The position numbers and the translations under genes were made by a program. Positions 49,587 to 59,697 of a stretch of 64,000 nucleotides of DNA are shown piece by piece (positions within the stretch are counted from its first letter, which is position 1; every line of letters begins with the position of its first letter). The DNA is from a phage, in sequence record PZ445437.1; one strand, 5' to 3'. The notes beneath the pieces are model-generated. The model ran no database searches, was not told the origin of the DNA, and worked only from the letters and a program-made list of their open reading frames with translations.

Positions 49587-51297
49587 TAACCTTAATTGGT
49601 TTGTTGGTGTTGTTGAAGATAGAATGGACCCATTAAAATTAGGTCGTGTTCGTGTTCGTGTGGTTGGTCTGCATCCACCACAAAGAGCACAAGGTGATGT
49701 AATGGGTATTCCAACTGAAAAATTACCATGGATGTCAGTTATTCAACCTATAACTTCTGCAGCAATGTCAGGAATTGGAGGTTCTGTTACAGGGCCAGTA
49801 GAAGGAACTAGAGTTTATGGTCATTTTTTAGACAAATGGAAAACTAACGGAATTGTCCTTGGCACGTATGGTGGAATAGTTCGCGAAAAACCGAATAGAC
49901 TTGAAGGATTTTCTGATCCAACTGGGCAATATCCTAGACGTTTAGGAAATGATACGAACGTATTAAACCAAGGCGGAGAAGTAGGATATGATTCGTCTTC
50001 TAACATTATCCAAGATAGTAACTTAGACACCGCAATAAATCCCGATGATAGACCACTATCAGAGATTCCAACCGATGATAATCCAAATATGTCAATGGCT
50101 GAAATGCTTCGCCGTGATGAAGGATTAAGATTAAAAGTTTATTGGGATACTGAAGGATATCCGACAATTGGTATTGGTCATCTTATCATGAAGCAGCCAG
50201 TTCGTGATATGGCTCAAATTAATAAAGTTTTATCAAAACAAGTTGGTCGTGAAATTACTGGAAACCCAGGTTCTATTACAATGGAAGAGGCGACAGCTTT
50301 ATTTGAGCGTGATTTGGCTGATATGCAACGGGACATTAAATCACATTCTAAAGTTGGCCCAGTTTGGCAGGCAGTTAATCGTTCTCGTCAAATGGCGTTA
50401 GAAAATATGGCATTTCAGATGGGTGTTGGCGGTGTAGCTAAATTTAACACAATGTTAACTGCTATGTTAGCCGGAGATTGGGAAAAAGCATATAAAGCTG
50501 GTCGTGATTCATTGTGGTATCAACAAACAAAAGGCCGTGCATCCCGTGTTACCATGATTATTCTTACAGGGAATTTGGAATCATACGGTATTGAAGTGAA
50601 AACACCGGCTAGGTCTTTGTCTGCAATGGCTGCTACTGTAGCTAAATCTTCTGACCCTGCTGATCCTCCTATTCCAAATGACTCGAGAATTTTATTCAAA
50701 GAACCAGTTTCTTCATATAAAGGTGAATATCCTTATGTGCATACAATGGAAACTGAAAGTGGACATATCCAAGAATTTGATGATACCCCTGGGCAAGAAC
50801 GATACAGATTAGTTCATCCAACTGGAACTTATGAAGAAGTATCACCGTCAGGAAGAAGAACAAGAAAAACTGTTGATAATTTGTATGATATAACCAACGC
50901 TGATGGTAATTTTTTGGTAGCCGGTGATAAAAAGACTAACGTCGGTGGTTCAGAAATTTATTATAACATGGATAATCGTCTTCACCAAATAGATGGAAGC
51001 AATACAATATTTGTACGTGGCGATGAAACTAAGACGGTTGAAGGTAATGGAACTATCCTAGTCAAAGGTAATGTTACTATTGTAGTTGAAGGCAATGCTG
51101 ACATTACAGTTAAAGGAGATGCTACCACTTTAGTTGAAGGTAATCAAACTAATACAGTAAATGGAAATCTTTCTTGGAAAGTTGCTGGGACAGTTGATTG
51201 GGACGTTGGCGGTGATTGGACAGAAAAAATGGCATCTATGAGTTCTATTTCATCTGGTCAATACACAATTGATGGATCGAGGATTGACATTGGCTAA
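49570..51297 (+). CDS. 5: Baseplate hub / cell-puncturing device with lysozyme domain
   Basis: 575 aa (T4 gp5); internal lysozyme domain EMLRRDEGLRLKVYWDTEGYPTIGIGHL paralogous to gene e; C-terminal VxGxxxxx beta-helix repeats. Confidence 0.95.
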   Translation: MEMISNNLNWFVGVVEDRMDPLKLGRVRVRVVGLHPPQRAQGDVMGIPTEKLPWMSVIQPITSAAMSGIGGSVTGPVEGTRVYGHFLDKWKTNGIVLGTYGGIVREKPNRLEGFSDPTGQYPRRLGNDTNVLNQGGEVGYDSSSNIIQDSNLDTAINPDDRPLSEIPTDDNPNMSMAEMLRRDEGLRLKVYWDTEGYPTIGIGHLIMKQPVRDMAQINKVLSKQVGREITGNPGSITMEEATALFERDLADMQRDIKSHSKVGPVWQAVNRSRQMALENMAFQMGVGGVAKFNTMLTAMLAGDWEKAYKAGRDSLWYQQTKGRASRVTMIILTGNLESYGIEVKTPARSLSAMAATVAKSSDPADPPIPNDSRILFKEPVSSYKGEYPYVHTMETESGHIQEFDDTPGQERYRLVHPTGTYEEVSPSGRRTRKTVDNLYDITNADGNFLVAGDKKTNVGGSEIYYNMDNRLHQIDGSNTIFVRGDETKTVEGNGTILVKGNVTIVVEGNADITVKGDATTLVEGNQTNTVNGNLSWKVAGTVDWDVGGDWTEKMASMSSISSGQYTIDGSRIDIG

Positions 51298-51331
51298 TAT
51301 ACTTCCAATGAGCGCTGATTTAGGAGAATCC

Positions 51332-51826
51332 ATGGAAGGTTCTTCTATCGACGTCACCTTTACCGCTCAATTAGAAACAGGTGAAACGTTAGTATCTATA
51401 AATATAACTAGTTACGAAGAAACTCCTGGGGTTTTAGTAGAAGAAAATCGCTTATATGGAACATATGAATCTGTGTTTGGATTTGGAAATGACGCGTTGA
51501 AATATCGTTTAGGCGATGAATTTAAAACTTCTGCTTCATGGGAAGAACTTCCTACTGATTCTGATACTCAGTTGTATTTGTGGAAAGCTCCTCAGAATCT
51601 CCAGAAGACATTCACTTACGAAGTAACATTAATATATGACTACCAAGAACAAAGTGAATCTGGAGGTTCTGGTAGTAATTCTAGGTCATCTTCTGATACT
51701 ACTGAACCAACAGATCCTCCTGCTCCAGTAAGAAAAACTCTCGTTAAAAATTATACTAAAACTATAGTTGGAAATTGGAGTCGTTGGGCTAATAAACTGA
51801 GAGAATATGTCTATGCAAGACCATAA
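51332..51826 (+). CDS. Hypothetical protein (5.1 position)
   Basis: ATG at 51332 with GGAG RBS (track ORF begins 51269 inside gene 5). Confidence 0.5.
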   Translation: MEGSSIDVTFTAQLETGETLVSINITSYEETPGVLVEENRLYGTYESVFGFGNDALKYRLGDEFKTSASWEELPTDSDTQLYLWKAPQNLQKTFTYEVTLIYDYQEQSESGGSGSNSRSSSDTTEPTDPPAPVRKTLVKNYTKTIVGNWSRWANKLREYVYARP

Positions 51827-52403
51827 ATATTTTTATTTGTATTCAATAACTAATAAAACAACAGGAAAAATTTATGTAGGCGTCCACAAAACTTCAAATT
51901 TGGATGATGGGTATATGGGTTCTGGCGTTGCCATTAAAAATGCCATTAAAAAATATGGCATAGATAATTTTTATAAGCATATTATAAAATTCTTTGAATC
52001 TGAAAAAGCTATGTATGACGCAGAGGCAGAAATAGTCACAGAGGAATTTGTTAAATCTAAGAAAACTTATAATATGAAACTAGGCGGTATCGGTGGCTTC
52101 CCAAAACATAACACAGCGGGTGCTAAAAATGGATTTTACGGTAAATCTCATTCGCGTGAAACTAGATTGAAAATTAGCATTAAATCGTCTAGAAAAAGAG
52201 GGCCTAGAGGGCCTAGAGGTAAAACTCTGAAGATGTGTGGCGCCAATAACCCAAGGTATGGCAAAATAGCCCCTAATGCTAAATCTGTTATTATCAACGG
52301 CGTTTTATATAAAAGTATTAAAATCGCAGCTAAAGCTCTTAATATAAATTATAGTACCTTAAAGGGGCGAGTTAAAGCGGGGTATTATAAATGTCAGGAT
52401 TAA
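51807..52403 (+). mobile_element. GIY-YIG homing endonuclease, SegC-like (198 aa)
   Basis: YFYLYSITNKTTGKIYVGVH...DDGYMGSG; clear paralogue of the segB-like gene; sits between 5.1 and 5.4. Confidence 0.75.
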
Positions 52404-52684
52404 GTTATGATAAGTGTGTTACTGCTGGCCATGAAGCGTGGCCTCCAACAGTTGTGAATGCTACACAAAGTAAAGTATTCACTGGAGGAATTGCTGTTCT
52501 CGTAGCAGGTGATCCAATTACAGAACATACAGAAATTAAAAAGCCATATGAAACACATGGCGGAGTGACACAACCTAGAACTTCTAAGGTATATGTCACT
52601 GGAAAGAAAGCTGTTCAAATGGCTGATCCAATATCATGCGGTGATACTGTGGCTCAGGCATCATCTAAAGTATTCATTAAATAG
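52391..52684 (+). CDS. 5.4: PAAR-repeat spike tip protein
   Basis: 97 aa (T4 gp5.4 length); PAAR-like fold protein following gene 5. Confidence 0.8.
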
Positions 52685-52692
52685 GATTTAAA

Positions 52693-54675
52693 ATGGCAAA
52701 TACCCCTGTAAATTATCAATTAACAAGAACAGCAAATGCTATTCCCGAGATATTCGTCGGGGGTACGTTTGCTGAAATAAAACAAAACCTCATTGAATGG
52801 CTTAATGGCCAAAATGAATTTTTGGATTATGATTTTGAAGGCTCAAGATTAAACGTTCTGTGTGACCTTTTGGCTTATAATACGCTGTACATTCAGCAGT
52901 TTGGTAATGCTGCTGTGTATGAAAGCTTTATGCGTACTGCTAACTTACGAAGTTCAGTTGTTCAAGCTGCACAAGATAACGGATATTTACCTACTTCAAA
53001 ATCCGCTGCGCAGACCGAAATTATGTTAACATGCACCGACGCATTGAATAGGAATTACATTACTATTCCTCGCGGAACTCGCTTTTTAGCATATGCAAAA
53101 GATACTTCTGTTAATCCATATAACTTCGTTTCTACCGAAGACGTTATTGCTATTCGTGATAAAAATAACCAATATTTTCCACGTTTAAAATTGGCCCAGG
53201 GACGTATAGTAAGAACTGAAATCATTTATGATAAATTAACACCTATTATCATTTATGATAAAAATATTGATAGAAACCAGGTTAAATTATATGTTGATGG
53301 AGCGGAATGGATTAACTGGACGAGAAAGTCAATGGTTCATGCTGGTTCAACATCAACGATTTACTATATGCGTGAAACTATTGATGGAAACACTGAATTC
53401 TATTTTGGCGAAGGTGAAATTTCTGTTAATGCTTCTGAAGGAGCTTTGACCGCTAATTATATCGGAGGTCTTAAACCTACTCAGAACTCTACGATTGTTA
53501 TTGAGTACATCAGTACTAACGGTGCAGATGCGAATGGCGCAGTCGGATTTTCATATGCAGATACATTAACAAATATAACTGTCATCAATATTAATGAAAA
53601 TCCAAACGACGACCCAGATTTTGTCGGAGCAGATGGTGGTGGTGATCCGGAAGATATTGAGCGTATTCGCGAATTGGGTACTATTAAACGCGAAACCCAG
53701 CAACGCTGCGTAACTGCAACTGATTATGATACATTCGTTTCAGAGAGATTTGGTTCTATTATTCAAGCAGTTCAGACTTTCACTGATTCTACTAAACCTG
53801 GGTATGCATTTATTGCTGCTAAACCTAAATCAGGTCTGTATTTAACTACCGTACAGCGCGAAGATATTAAAAATTATCTCAAAGACTATAATTTAGCTCC
53901 TATTACGCCATCAATTATTTCTCCTAATTATCTTTTTATTAAGACTAATTTAAAAGTCACATATGCTTTAAATAAACTGCAAGAATCCGAGCAGTGGCTT
54001 GAAGGTCAAATAATTGATAAAATTGATCGCTATTATACCGAAGATGTAGAAATTTTTAACTCGTCTTTCGCTAAATCTAAGATGTTGACATATGTAGATG
54101 ATGTAGATCATTCTGTCATTGGTTCATCAGCGACTATTCAAATGGTTCGTGAAGTACAAAACTTCTATAAAACGCCTGAAGCGGGTATTAAATACAATAA
54201 TCAAATAAAAGATCGTTCTATGGAATCTAATACGTTTTCATTTAATTCTGGACGAAAGGTTGTAAATCCTGATACTGGTTTAGAAGAAGATGTATTATAT
54301 GACGTTCGTATAGTATCAACAGACCGAGATTCTAAAGGAATTGGTAAAGTTATTATTGGTCCATTTGCTTCTGGCGATGTTACAGAAAATGAAAACATTC
54401 AGCCGTATACAGGCAACGATTTTAACAAATTAGCAAATTCTGATGGACGCGACAAATATTATGTTATCGGTGAAATAAATTATCCAGCTGACATGATTTA
54501 TTGGAATATCGCTAAAATTAATTTAACATCTGAAAAATTTGAAGTTCAGACTATTGAATTATATTCTGACCCAACCGATGATGTTATCTTTACTCGCGAT
54601 GGTTCACTGATTGTATTTGAAAATGACTTACGTCCACAATACTTAACTATCGATTTGGAGCCTATATCACAATGA
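52693..54675 (+). CDS. 6: Baseplate wedge protein
   Basis: 660 aa (T4 gp6 length). Confidence 0.95.
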   Translation: MANTPVNYQLTRTANAIPEIFVGGTFAEIKQNLIEWLNGQNEFLDYDFEGSRLNVLCDLLAYNTLYIQQFGNAAVYESFMRTANLRSSVVQAAQDNGYLPTSKSAAQTEIMLTCTDALNRNYITIPRGTRFLAYAKDTSVNPYNFVSTEDVIAIRDKNNQYFPRLKLAQGRIVRTEIIYDKLTPIIIYDKNIDRNQVKLYVDGAEWINWTRKSMVHAGSTSTIYYMRETIDGNTEFYFGEGEISVNASEGALTANYIGGLKPTQNSTIVIEYISTNGADANGAVGFSYADTLTNITVININENPNDDPDFVGADGGGDPEDIERIRELGTIKRETQQRCVTATDYDTFVSERFGSIIQAVQTFTDSTKPGYAFIAAKPKSGLYLTTVQREDIKNYLKDYNLAPITPSIISPNYLFIKTNLKVTYALNKLQESEQWLEGQIIDKIDRYYTEDVEIFNSSFAKSKMLTYVDDVDHSVIGSSATIQMVREVQNFYKTPEAGIKYNNQIKDRSMESNTFSFNSGRKVVNPDTGLEEDVLYDVRIVSTDRDSKGIGKVIIGPFASGDVTENENIQPYTGNDFNKLANSDGRDKYYVIGEINYPADMIYWNIAKINLTSEKFEVQTIELYSDPTDDVIFTRDGSLIVFENDLRPQYLTIDLEPISQ

Positions 54676-57600
54676 CAGTAAAAGCACCTTCAGTCACTAG
54701 TCTCAGAATTTCCAAGTTATCCGCAAATCAGGTGCAAGTACGCTGGGATGACGTTGGTGCTAATTTCTACTATTTTGTAGAAATCGCTGAGACAAAAACA
54801 AACTCGGGGGAAAAACTCCCGAGTAATCAATATCGTTGGATTAATTTAGGATATACAGCAAATAATAGTTTCTTTTTTGATGATGCTGATCCATTAACAA
54901 CATACATTATTAGAGTAGCCACAGCTGCGCAAGATTTTGAGCAGTCTGACTGGATTTATACAGAAGAGTTTGAAACTTTTGCTACAAATGCTTATACATT
55001 TCAAAACATGATTGAAATGCAATTAGCCAATAAATTCATTCAGGAAAAATTTACTCTTAATAATTCTGATTATGTTAATTTTAATAATGACACTATAATG
55101 GCTGCATTGATGAATGAATCGTTCCAATTCAGCCCATCATATGTTGATGTTTCATCAATAAGTAATTTTATTATTGGTGAAAATGAGTATCATGAAATAC
55201 AAGGTTCTATTCAGCAAGTATGTAAGGATATTAACCGAGTTTATTTGATGGAATCAGAAGGAATTCTATATCTTTTTGAGCGCTATCAACCTGTAGTTAA
55301 AGTATCCAATGATAAAGGACAAACCTGGAAAGCCGTAAAGCTCTTCAATGACCGTGTAGGATATCCTTTATCTAAGACAGTATATTACCAATCTGCGAAC
55401 ACAACATACGTTCTAGGATACGACAAGATTTTCTATGGCCGTAAATCTACTGATGTTAGATGGTCAGCTGATGATGTCAGATTTAGTTCTCAGGATATAA
55501 CATTTGCTAAACTTGGCGACCAGTTATATTTAGGATTTGATGTAGAAATCTTTGGTACTTATGCGACTTTACCAGCGAATGTATATCGTATAGCTGAAGC
55601 CATTACTTGTACGGATGATTATATCTATGTTGTTGCCAGAGATAAAGTTAGATATATAAAAACGAGCAATGCACCTATAGATTCTGATCCATTATCTCCA
55701 ACATATTCGGAAAGGCTATTTGAATCTGATACAATGACTATAACTGGAAATCCTAAAGCAGTATGCTATAAAATGGATTCTATTGGTGATAAAGTTTTTG
55801 CTCTTATTATTGGTGAAGTTGAAACATTAAATGCTAATCCTAGAACATCAAAAATAATTGATTCCGCTGATAAAGGAATATATGTTTTAAATCATGACGA
55901 AAAAACATGGAAAAGAGTTTTTGGTAATACTGAAGAAGAAAGAAGACGTATTCAACCCGGATATGCGAATATGTCAACTGACGGTAAATTAGTTTCTCTG
56001 TCTTCGAGTAATTTTAAATTTTTAAGTGATAATGTTGTTAATGACCCTGAAACTGTGGTGAAATATCAGTTAATCGGTGCTGTTAAATATGAATTTCCTC
56101 GTGAATGGTTAGCTGATAAGCATTATCATATGATGGCATTTATAGCGGATGAAAAATCTGATTGGGAAACTTTTACGCCTCAGCCAATGAAATACTACGC
56201 AGAACCGTTCTTTAACTGGTCTAAAAAATCTAACACACGTTGTTGGATAAACAACTCCGATAGGGTTGTAGTAGTTTATGCTGATTTAAAATACACTAAA
56301 GTTATAGAAAATATTCCGGAAACATCACCAGATAGATTAGTTCATGAATACTGGGATGATGGCGATTGTACTATAGTAATGCCAAATGTTAAATTCACTG
56401 GATTTAAAAAATATGCATCTGGGATGCTTTTCTATAAAGCCTCTGGTGAAATAATTTCTTACTATGATTTTAACTATCGCGTGAGAGATACAGTAGAAAT
56501 TATTTGGAAGCCAACTGAAGTATTTTTAAAAGCGTTTTTACAAAACCAAGAGCATGAGACTCCTTGGTCACCAGAAGAAGAGCGTGGATTAGCTGACCCT
56601 GATTTAAGACCATTAATTGGCACAATGATGCCTGATTCTTATTTGTTGCAGGATTCGAATTTTGAAGCATTTTGCGAAGCATATATTCAGTATCTTTCTG
56701 ATGGATATGGAACTCAATACAATAATTTACGAAATTTAATTCGTAATCAGTATCCTAGAGAAGAGCATGCGTGGGAATATTTGTGGTCAGAGATATATAA
56801 AAGAAACATTTATTTAAATGCTGACAAACGTGATGCTGTTGCAAGATTTTTCGAATCACGTAGCTATGATTTTTATTCTACTAAAGGAATTGAAGCATCA
56901 TACAAATTTCTTTTTAAAGTTCTTTATAATGAAGAGGTTGAAATTGAAATTGAATCTGGGGCTGGTACTGAATATGATATAATCGTTCAATCTGATTCTT
57001 TGACTGAAGACTTAGTAGGACAAACGATTTATACAGCTACAGGAAGATGTAATGTTACTTATATAGAAAGAAGCTATTCTAATGGTAAATTGCAATGGAC
57101 CGTAACTATTCATAATCTTTTGGGACGATTAATTGCTGGCCAAGAAGTTAAAGCAGAAAGACTTCCTAGTTTTGAAGGCGAAATTATTCGTGGGGTTAAA
57201 GGAAAGGATTTGCTTCAAAATAATATAGACTATATTAATAGAAGTCGATCATATTATGTAATGAAAATTAAATCCAATTTACCTTCTTCTCGTTGGAAAT
57301 CTGACGTTATTCGTTTTGTTCATCCAGTAGGATTTGGATTTATAGCAATTACCCTTTTAACGATGTTTATTAATGTTGGTTTAACTCTTAAACACACAGA
57401 GACTATAATTAATAAATACAAAAACTATAAATGGGATTCTGGATTGCCTACTGAATATGCTGATAGAGTAGCTAAATTGACTCCAACTGGTGAAATTGAG
57501 CATGATTCGGTAACAGGCGAAGCAATTTATGAGCCTGGCCCAATGGCTGGTGTAGAATATCCTCTTCCTGATGACTATAATGCTGAAAATAACAATTCAA

Positions 57601-57770
57601 TATTTCAAGGTCAATTGCCGTCTGAACGACGTAAATTAATGAGTCCTCTATTTGACGCATCTGGAACAACATTTGCACAATTTAGAGATTTAGTTAATAA
57701 ACGTCTAAAAGACAATATAGGAAATCCAAGAGACCCTGAAAATCCAACACAGGTTAAAATAGATGAATGA
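54672..57770 (+). CDS. 7: Baseplate wedge initiator
   Basis: 1032 aa (T4 gp7 length). Confidence 0.95.
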   Translation: MTVKAPSVTSLRISKLSANQVQVRWDDVGANFYYFVEIAETKTNSGEKLPSNQYRWINLGYTANNSFFFDDADPLTTYIIRVATAAQDFEQSDWIYTEEFETFATNAYTFQNMIEMQLANKFIQEKFTLNNSDYVNFNNDTIMAALMNESFQFSPSYVDVSSISNFIIGENEYHEIQGSIQQVCKDINRVYLMESEGILYLFERYQPVVKVSNDKGQTWKAVKLFNDRVGYPLSKTVYYQSANTTYVLGYDKIFYGRKSTDVRWSADDVRFSSQDITFAKLGDQLYLGFDVEIFGTYATLPANVYRIAEAITCTDDYIYVVARDKVRYIKTSNAPIDSDPLSPTYSERLFESDTMTITGNPKAVCYKMDSIGDKVFALIIGEVETLNANPRTSKIIDSADKGIYVLNHDEKTWKRVFGNTEEERRRIQPGYANMSTDGKLVSLSSSNFKFLSDNVVNDPETVVKYQLIGAVKYEFPREWLADKHYHMMAFIADEKSDWETFTPQPMKYYAEPFFNWSKKSNTRCWINNSDRVVVVYADLKYTKVIENIPETSPDRLVHEYWDDGDCTIVMPNVKFTGFKKYASGMLFYKASGEIISYYDFNYRVRDTVEIIWKPTEVFLKAFLQNQEHETPWSPEEERGLADPDLRPLIGTMMPDSYLLQDSNFEAFCEAYIQYLSDGYGTQYNNLRNLIRNQYPREEHAWEYLWSEIYKRNIYLNADKRDAVARFFESRSYDFYSTKGIEASYKFLFKVLYNEEVEIEIESGAGTEYDIIVQSDSLTEDLVGQTIYTATGRCNVTYIERSYSNGKLQWTVTIHNLLGRLIAGQEVKAERLPSFEGEIIRGVKGKDLLQNNIDYINRSRSYYVMKIKSNLPSSRWKSDVIRFVHPVGFGFIAITLLTMFINVGLTLKHTETIINKYKNYKWDSGLPTEYADRVAKLTPTGEIEHDSVTGEAIYEPGPMAGVEYPLPDDYNAENNNSIFQGQLPSERRKLMSPLFDASGTTFAQFRDLVNKRLKDNIGNPRDPENPTQVKIDE

Positions 57771-58767
57771 TTCAAGTGTTATCTATCGTGCGATAGTTAC
57801 TTCAAAATTTAGAACAGAAAAAATGTTGAATTTTTATAATTCAATTGGAAGTGGTCCGGATAAAAACACTATCTTTATCACATTTGGAAGATCAGAACCG
57901 TGGTCATCAAATGAAAATGAGGTGGGCTTTGCCCCACCTTATCCAACCGATTCTGTATTAGGCGTAACTGACATGTGGACGCATATGATGGGAACAGTAA
58001 AGGTTCTTCCATCAATGCTTGATGCTGTTATTCCTCGCAGAGATTGGGGAGATACTAGATATCCGGATCCATACACATTTAGAATTAACGATATTGTAGT
58101 GTGTAACTCAGCTCCTTACAATGCTACTGAATCAGGCGCAGGCTGGTTAGTATATCGTTGTTTAGATGTTCCTGATACCGGAATGTGTTCAATAACATCT
58201 TTAACTGATAAGGATGAATGCCTCAAATTAGGTGGAAAATGGACTCCTTCTGCTAGGTCAATGACTCCGCCTGAAGGCCGAGGAGATGCTGAAGGAACAA
58301 TTGAACCTGGGGACGGATATGTTTGGGAATATCTATTTGAGATTCCGCCTGATGTATCTATAAATAGATGCACGAATGAATATATCGTGGTTCCTTGGCC
58401 TGAGGAATTAAAAGAAGACCCGACTAGATGGGGATATGAAGATAATTTCACTTGGCAGCAAGATGATTTTGGATTAATTTACCGTGTTAAGGCAAATACT
58501 ATCCGTTTTAAAGCATATTTAGATTCAGTTTATTTTCCTGAAGCTGCATTGCCAGGAAATAAAGGATTTAGACAAATATCAATAATCACGAATCCTCTTG
58601 AAGCTAAAGCTCATCCAAATGACCCAAACGTTAAAGCTGAAAAGGATTATTATGATCCGGAAGATTTAATGAGGCATTCGGGCGAAATGATTTATATGGA
58701 AAATAGGCCACCTATTATTATGGCAATGGATCAGACAGAAGAAATCAATATTCTGTTTACATTTTAA
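57763..58767 (+). CDS. 8: Baseplate wedge protein
   Basis: 334 aa (T4 gp8 length). Confidence 0.93.
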   Translation: MNDSSVIYRAIVTSKFRTEKMLNFYNSIGSGPDKNTIFITFGRSEPWSSNENEVGFAPPYPTDSVLGVTDMWTHMMGTVKVLPSMLDAVIPRRDWGDTRYPDPYTFRINDIVVCNSAPYNATESGAGWLVYRCLDVPDTGMCSITSLTDKDECLKLGGKWTPSARSMTPPEGRGDAEGTIEPGDGYVWEYLFEIPPDVSINRCTNEYIVVPWPEELKEDPTRWGYEDNFTWQQDDFGLIYRVKANTIRFKAYLDSVYFPEAALPGNKGFRQISIITNPLEAKAHPNDPNVKAEKDYYDPEDLMRHSGEMIYMENRPPIIMAMDQTEEINILFTF

Positions 58768-58772
58768 ATTAA

Positions 58773-58790
58773 GGGAGCCCATGGGCTCCC
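58773..58790 (+). terminator. Intrinsic terminator after gene 8
   Basis: GGGAGCC-CAUG-GGCUCCC hairpin followed by U5CUUU. Confidence 0.6.
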
Positions 58791-58798
58791 TTTTTCTT

Positions 58799-58806
58799 TA
58801 TAAATA
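58799..58806 (+). promoter_or_regulatory. Late promoter (TATAAATA) for genes 9-12
   Basis: Exact TATAAATA immediately after the terminator, about 25 nt upstream of gene 9 ATG. Confidence 0.6.
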
Positions 58807-58830
58807 CTATAAACTCATAAGGAAACCGCT

Positions 58831-59697
58831 ATGTTCATTCAAGAACCAAAGAAATTGATTGATACCGGCGAAATTGGTAACGCTTCTACTGGTGATATCT
58901 TATTCGACGGTGGTAATAAAATTAATAGTGATTTTAACGCAATTTATAATGCGTTTGGCGATCAACGTAAAATGGCAGTAGCAAATGGCACCGGAGCAGA
59001 TGGTCAAATTATCCATGCTACTGGATATTATCAAAAACACTCTATTGCAGAGTATGCAACTCCAGTAAAAGTTGGCACTAGGCATGATATTGATACCTCT
59101 ACCGTAGGTGTTAAAGTTATCATTGAAAGAGGCGAACTCGGCGATTGTGTTGAATTCATTAATTCTAACGGATCAATATCAGTTACTAATCCTTTGACAA
59201 TTCAAGCTATTGATTCAATTAAAGGTGTTTCAGGTAATTTAGTAGTAACTAGCCCATATAGTAAAGTTACTTTACGCTGTATTTCATCTGATAATTCTAC
59301 GTCGGTTTGGAATTATTCTATTGAAAGTATGTTTGGACAAAAGGAATCACCAGCTGAAGGTACATGGAATATTTCTACATCTGGATCAGTTGACATTCCA
59401 TTATTTCATCGCACTGAATACAATATGGCTAAATTACTAGTTACATGCCAATCGATAGATGGAAGAAAAATTAAAACAGCAGAAATAAATATTCTTGTGG
59501 ATACTGTTAATTCAGAGGTCATTTCTTCTGAATATGCTGTCATGCGAGTTGGGAATGAAACCGAAGAAGACGAAATCGCTAATATTGCATTTAGTATTAA
59601 AGAAAATTATGTAACGGCGACTATAAGTTCTTCAACTGTCGGTATGAGAGCAGCAGTTAAAGTTATCGCTACGCAGAAAATCGGGGTGGCTCAATAA
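58831..59697 (+). CDS. 9: Baseplate wedge tail-fibre connector
   Basis: 288 aa (T4 gp9 length). Confidence 0.93.
   Translation: MFIQEPKKLIDTGEIGNASTGDILFDGGNKINSDFNAIYNAFGDQRKMAVANGTGADGQIIHATGYYQKHSIAEYATPVKVGTRHDIDTSTVGVKVIIERGELGDCVEFINSNGSISVTNPLTIQAIDSIKGVSGNLVVTSPYSKVTLRCISSDNSTSVWNYSIESMFGQKESPAEGTWNISTSGSVDIPLFHRTEYNMAKLLVTCQSIDGRKIKTAEINILVDTVNSEVISSEYAVMRVGNETEEDEIANIAFSIKENYVTATISSSTVGMRAAVKVIATQKIGVAQ

Noticed and set aside
52400-52618. Minus-strand ORFs antisense to gene 5.4 (and similar ones inside genes 7, 8, 10, 12)
   Set aside because: Embedded antisense in well-supported late structural genes.
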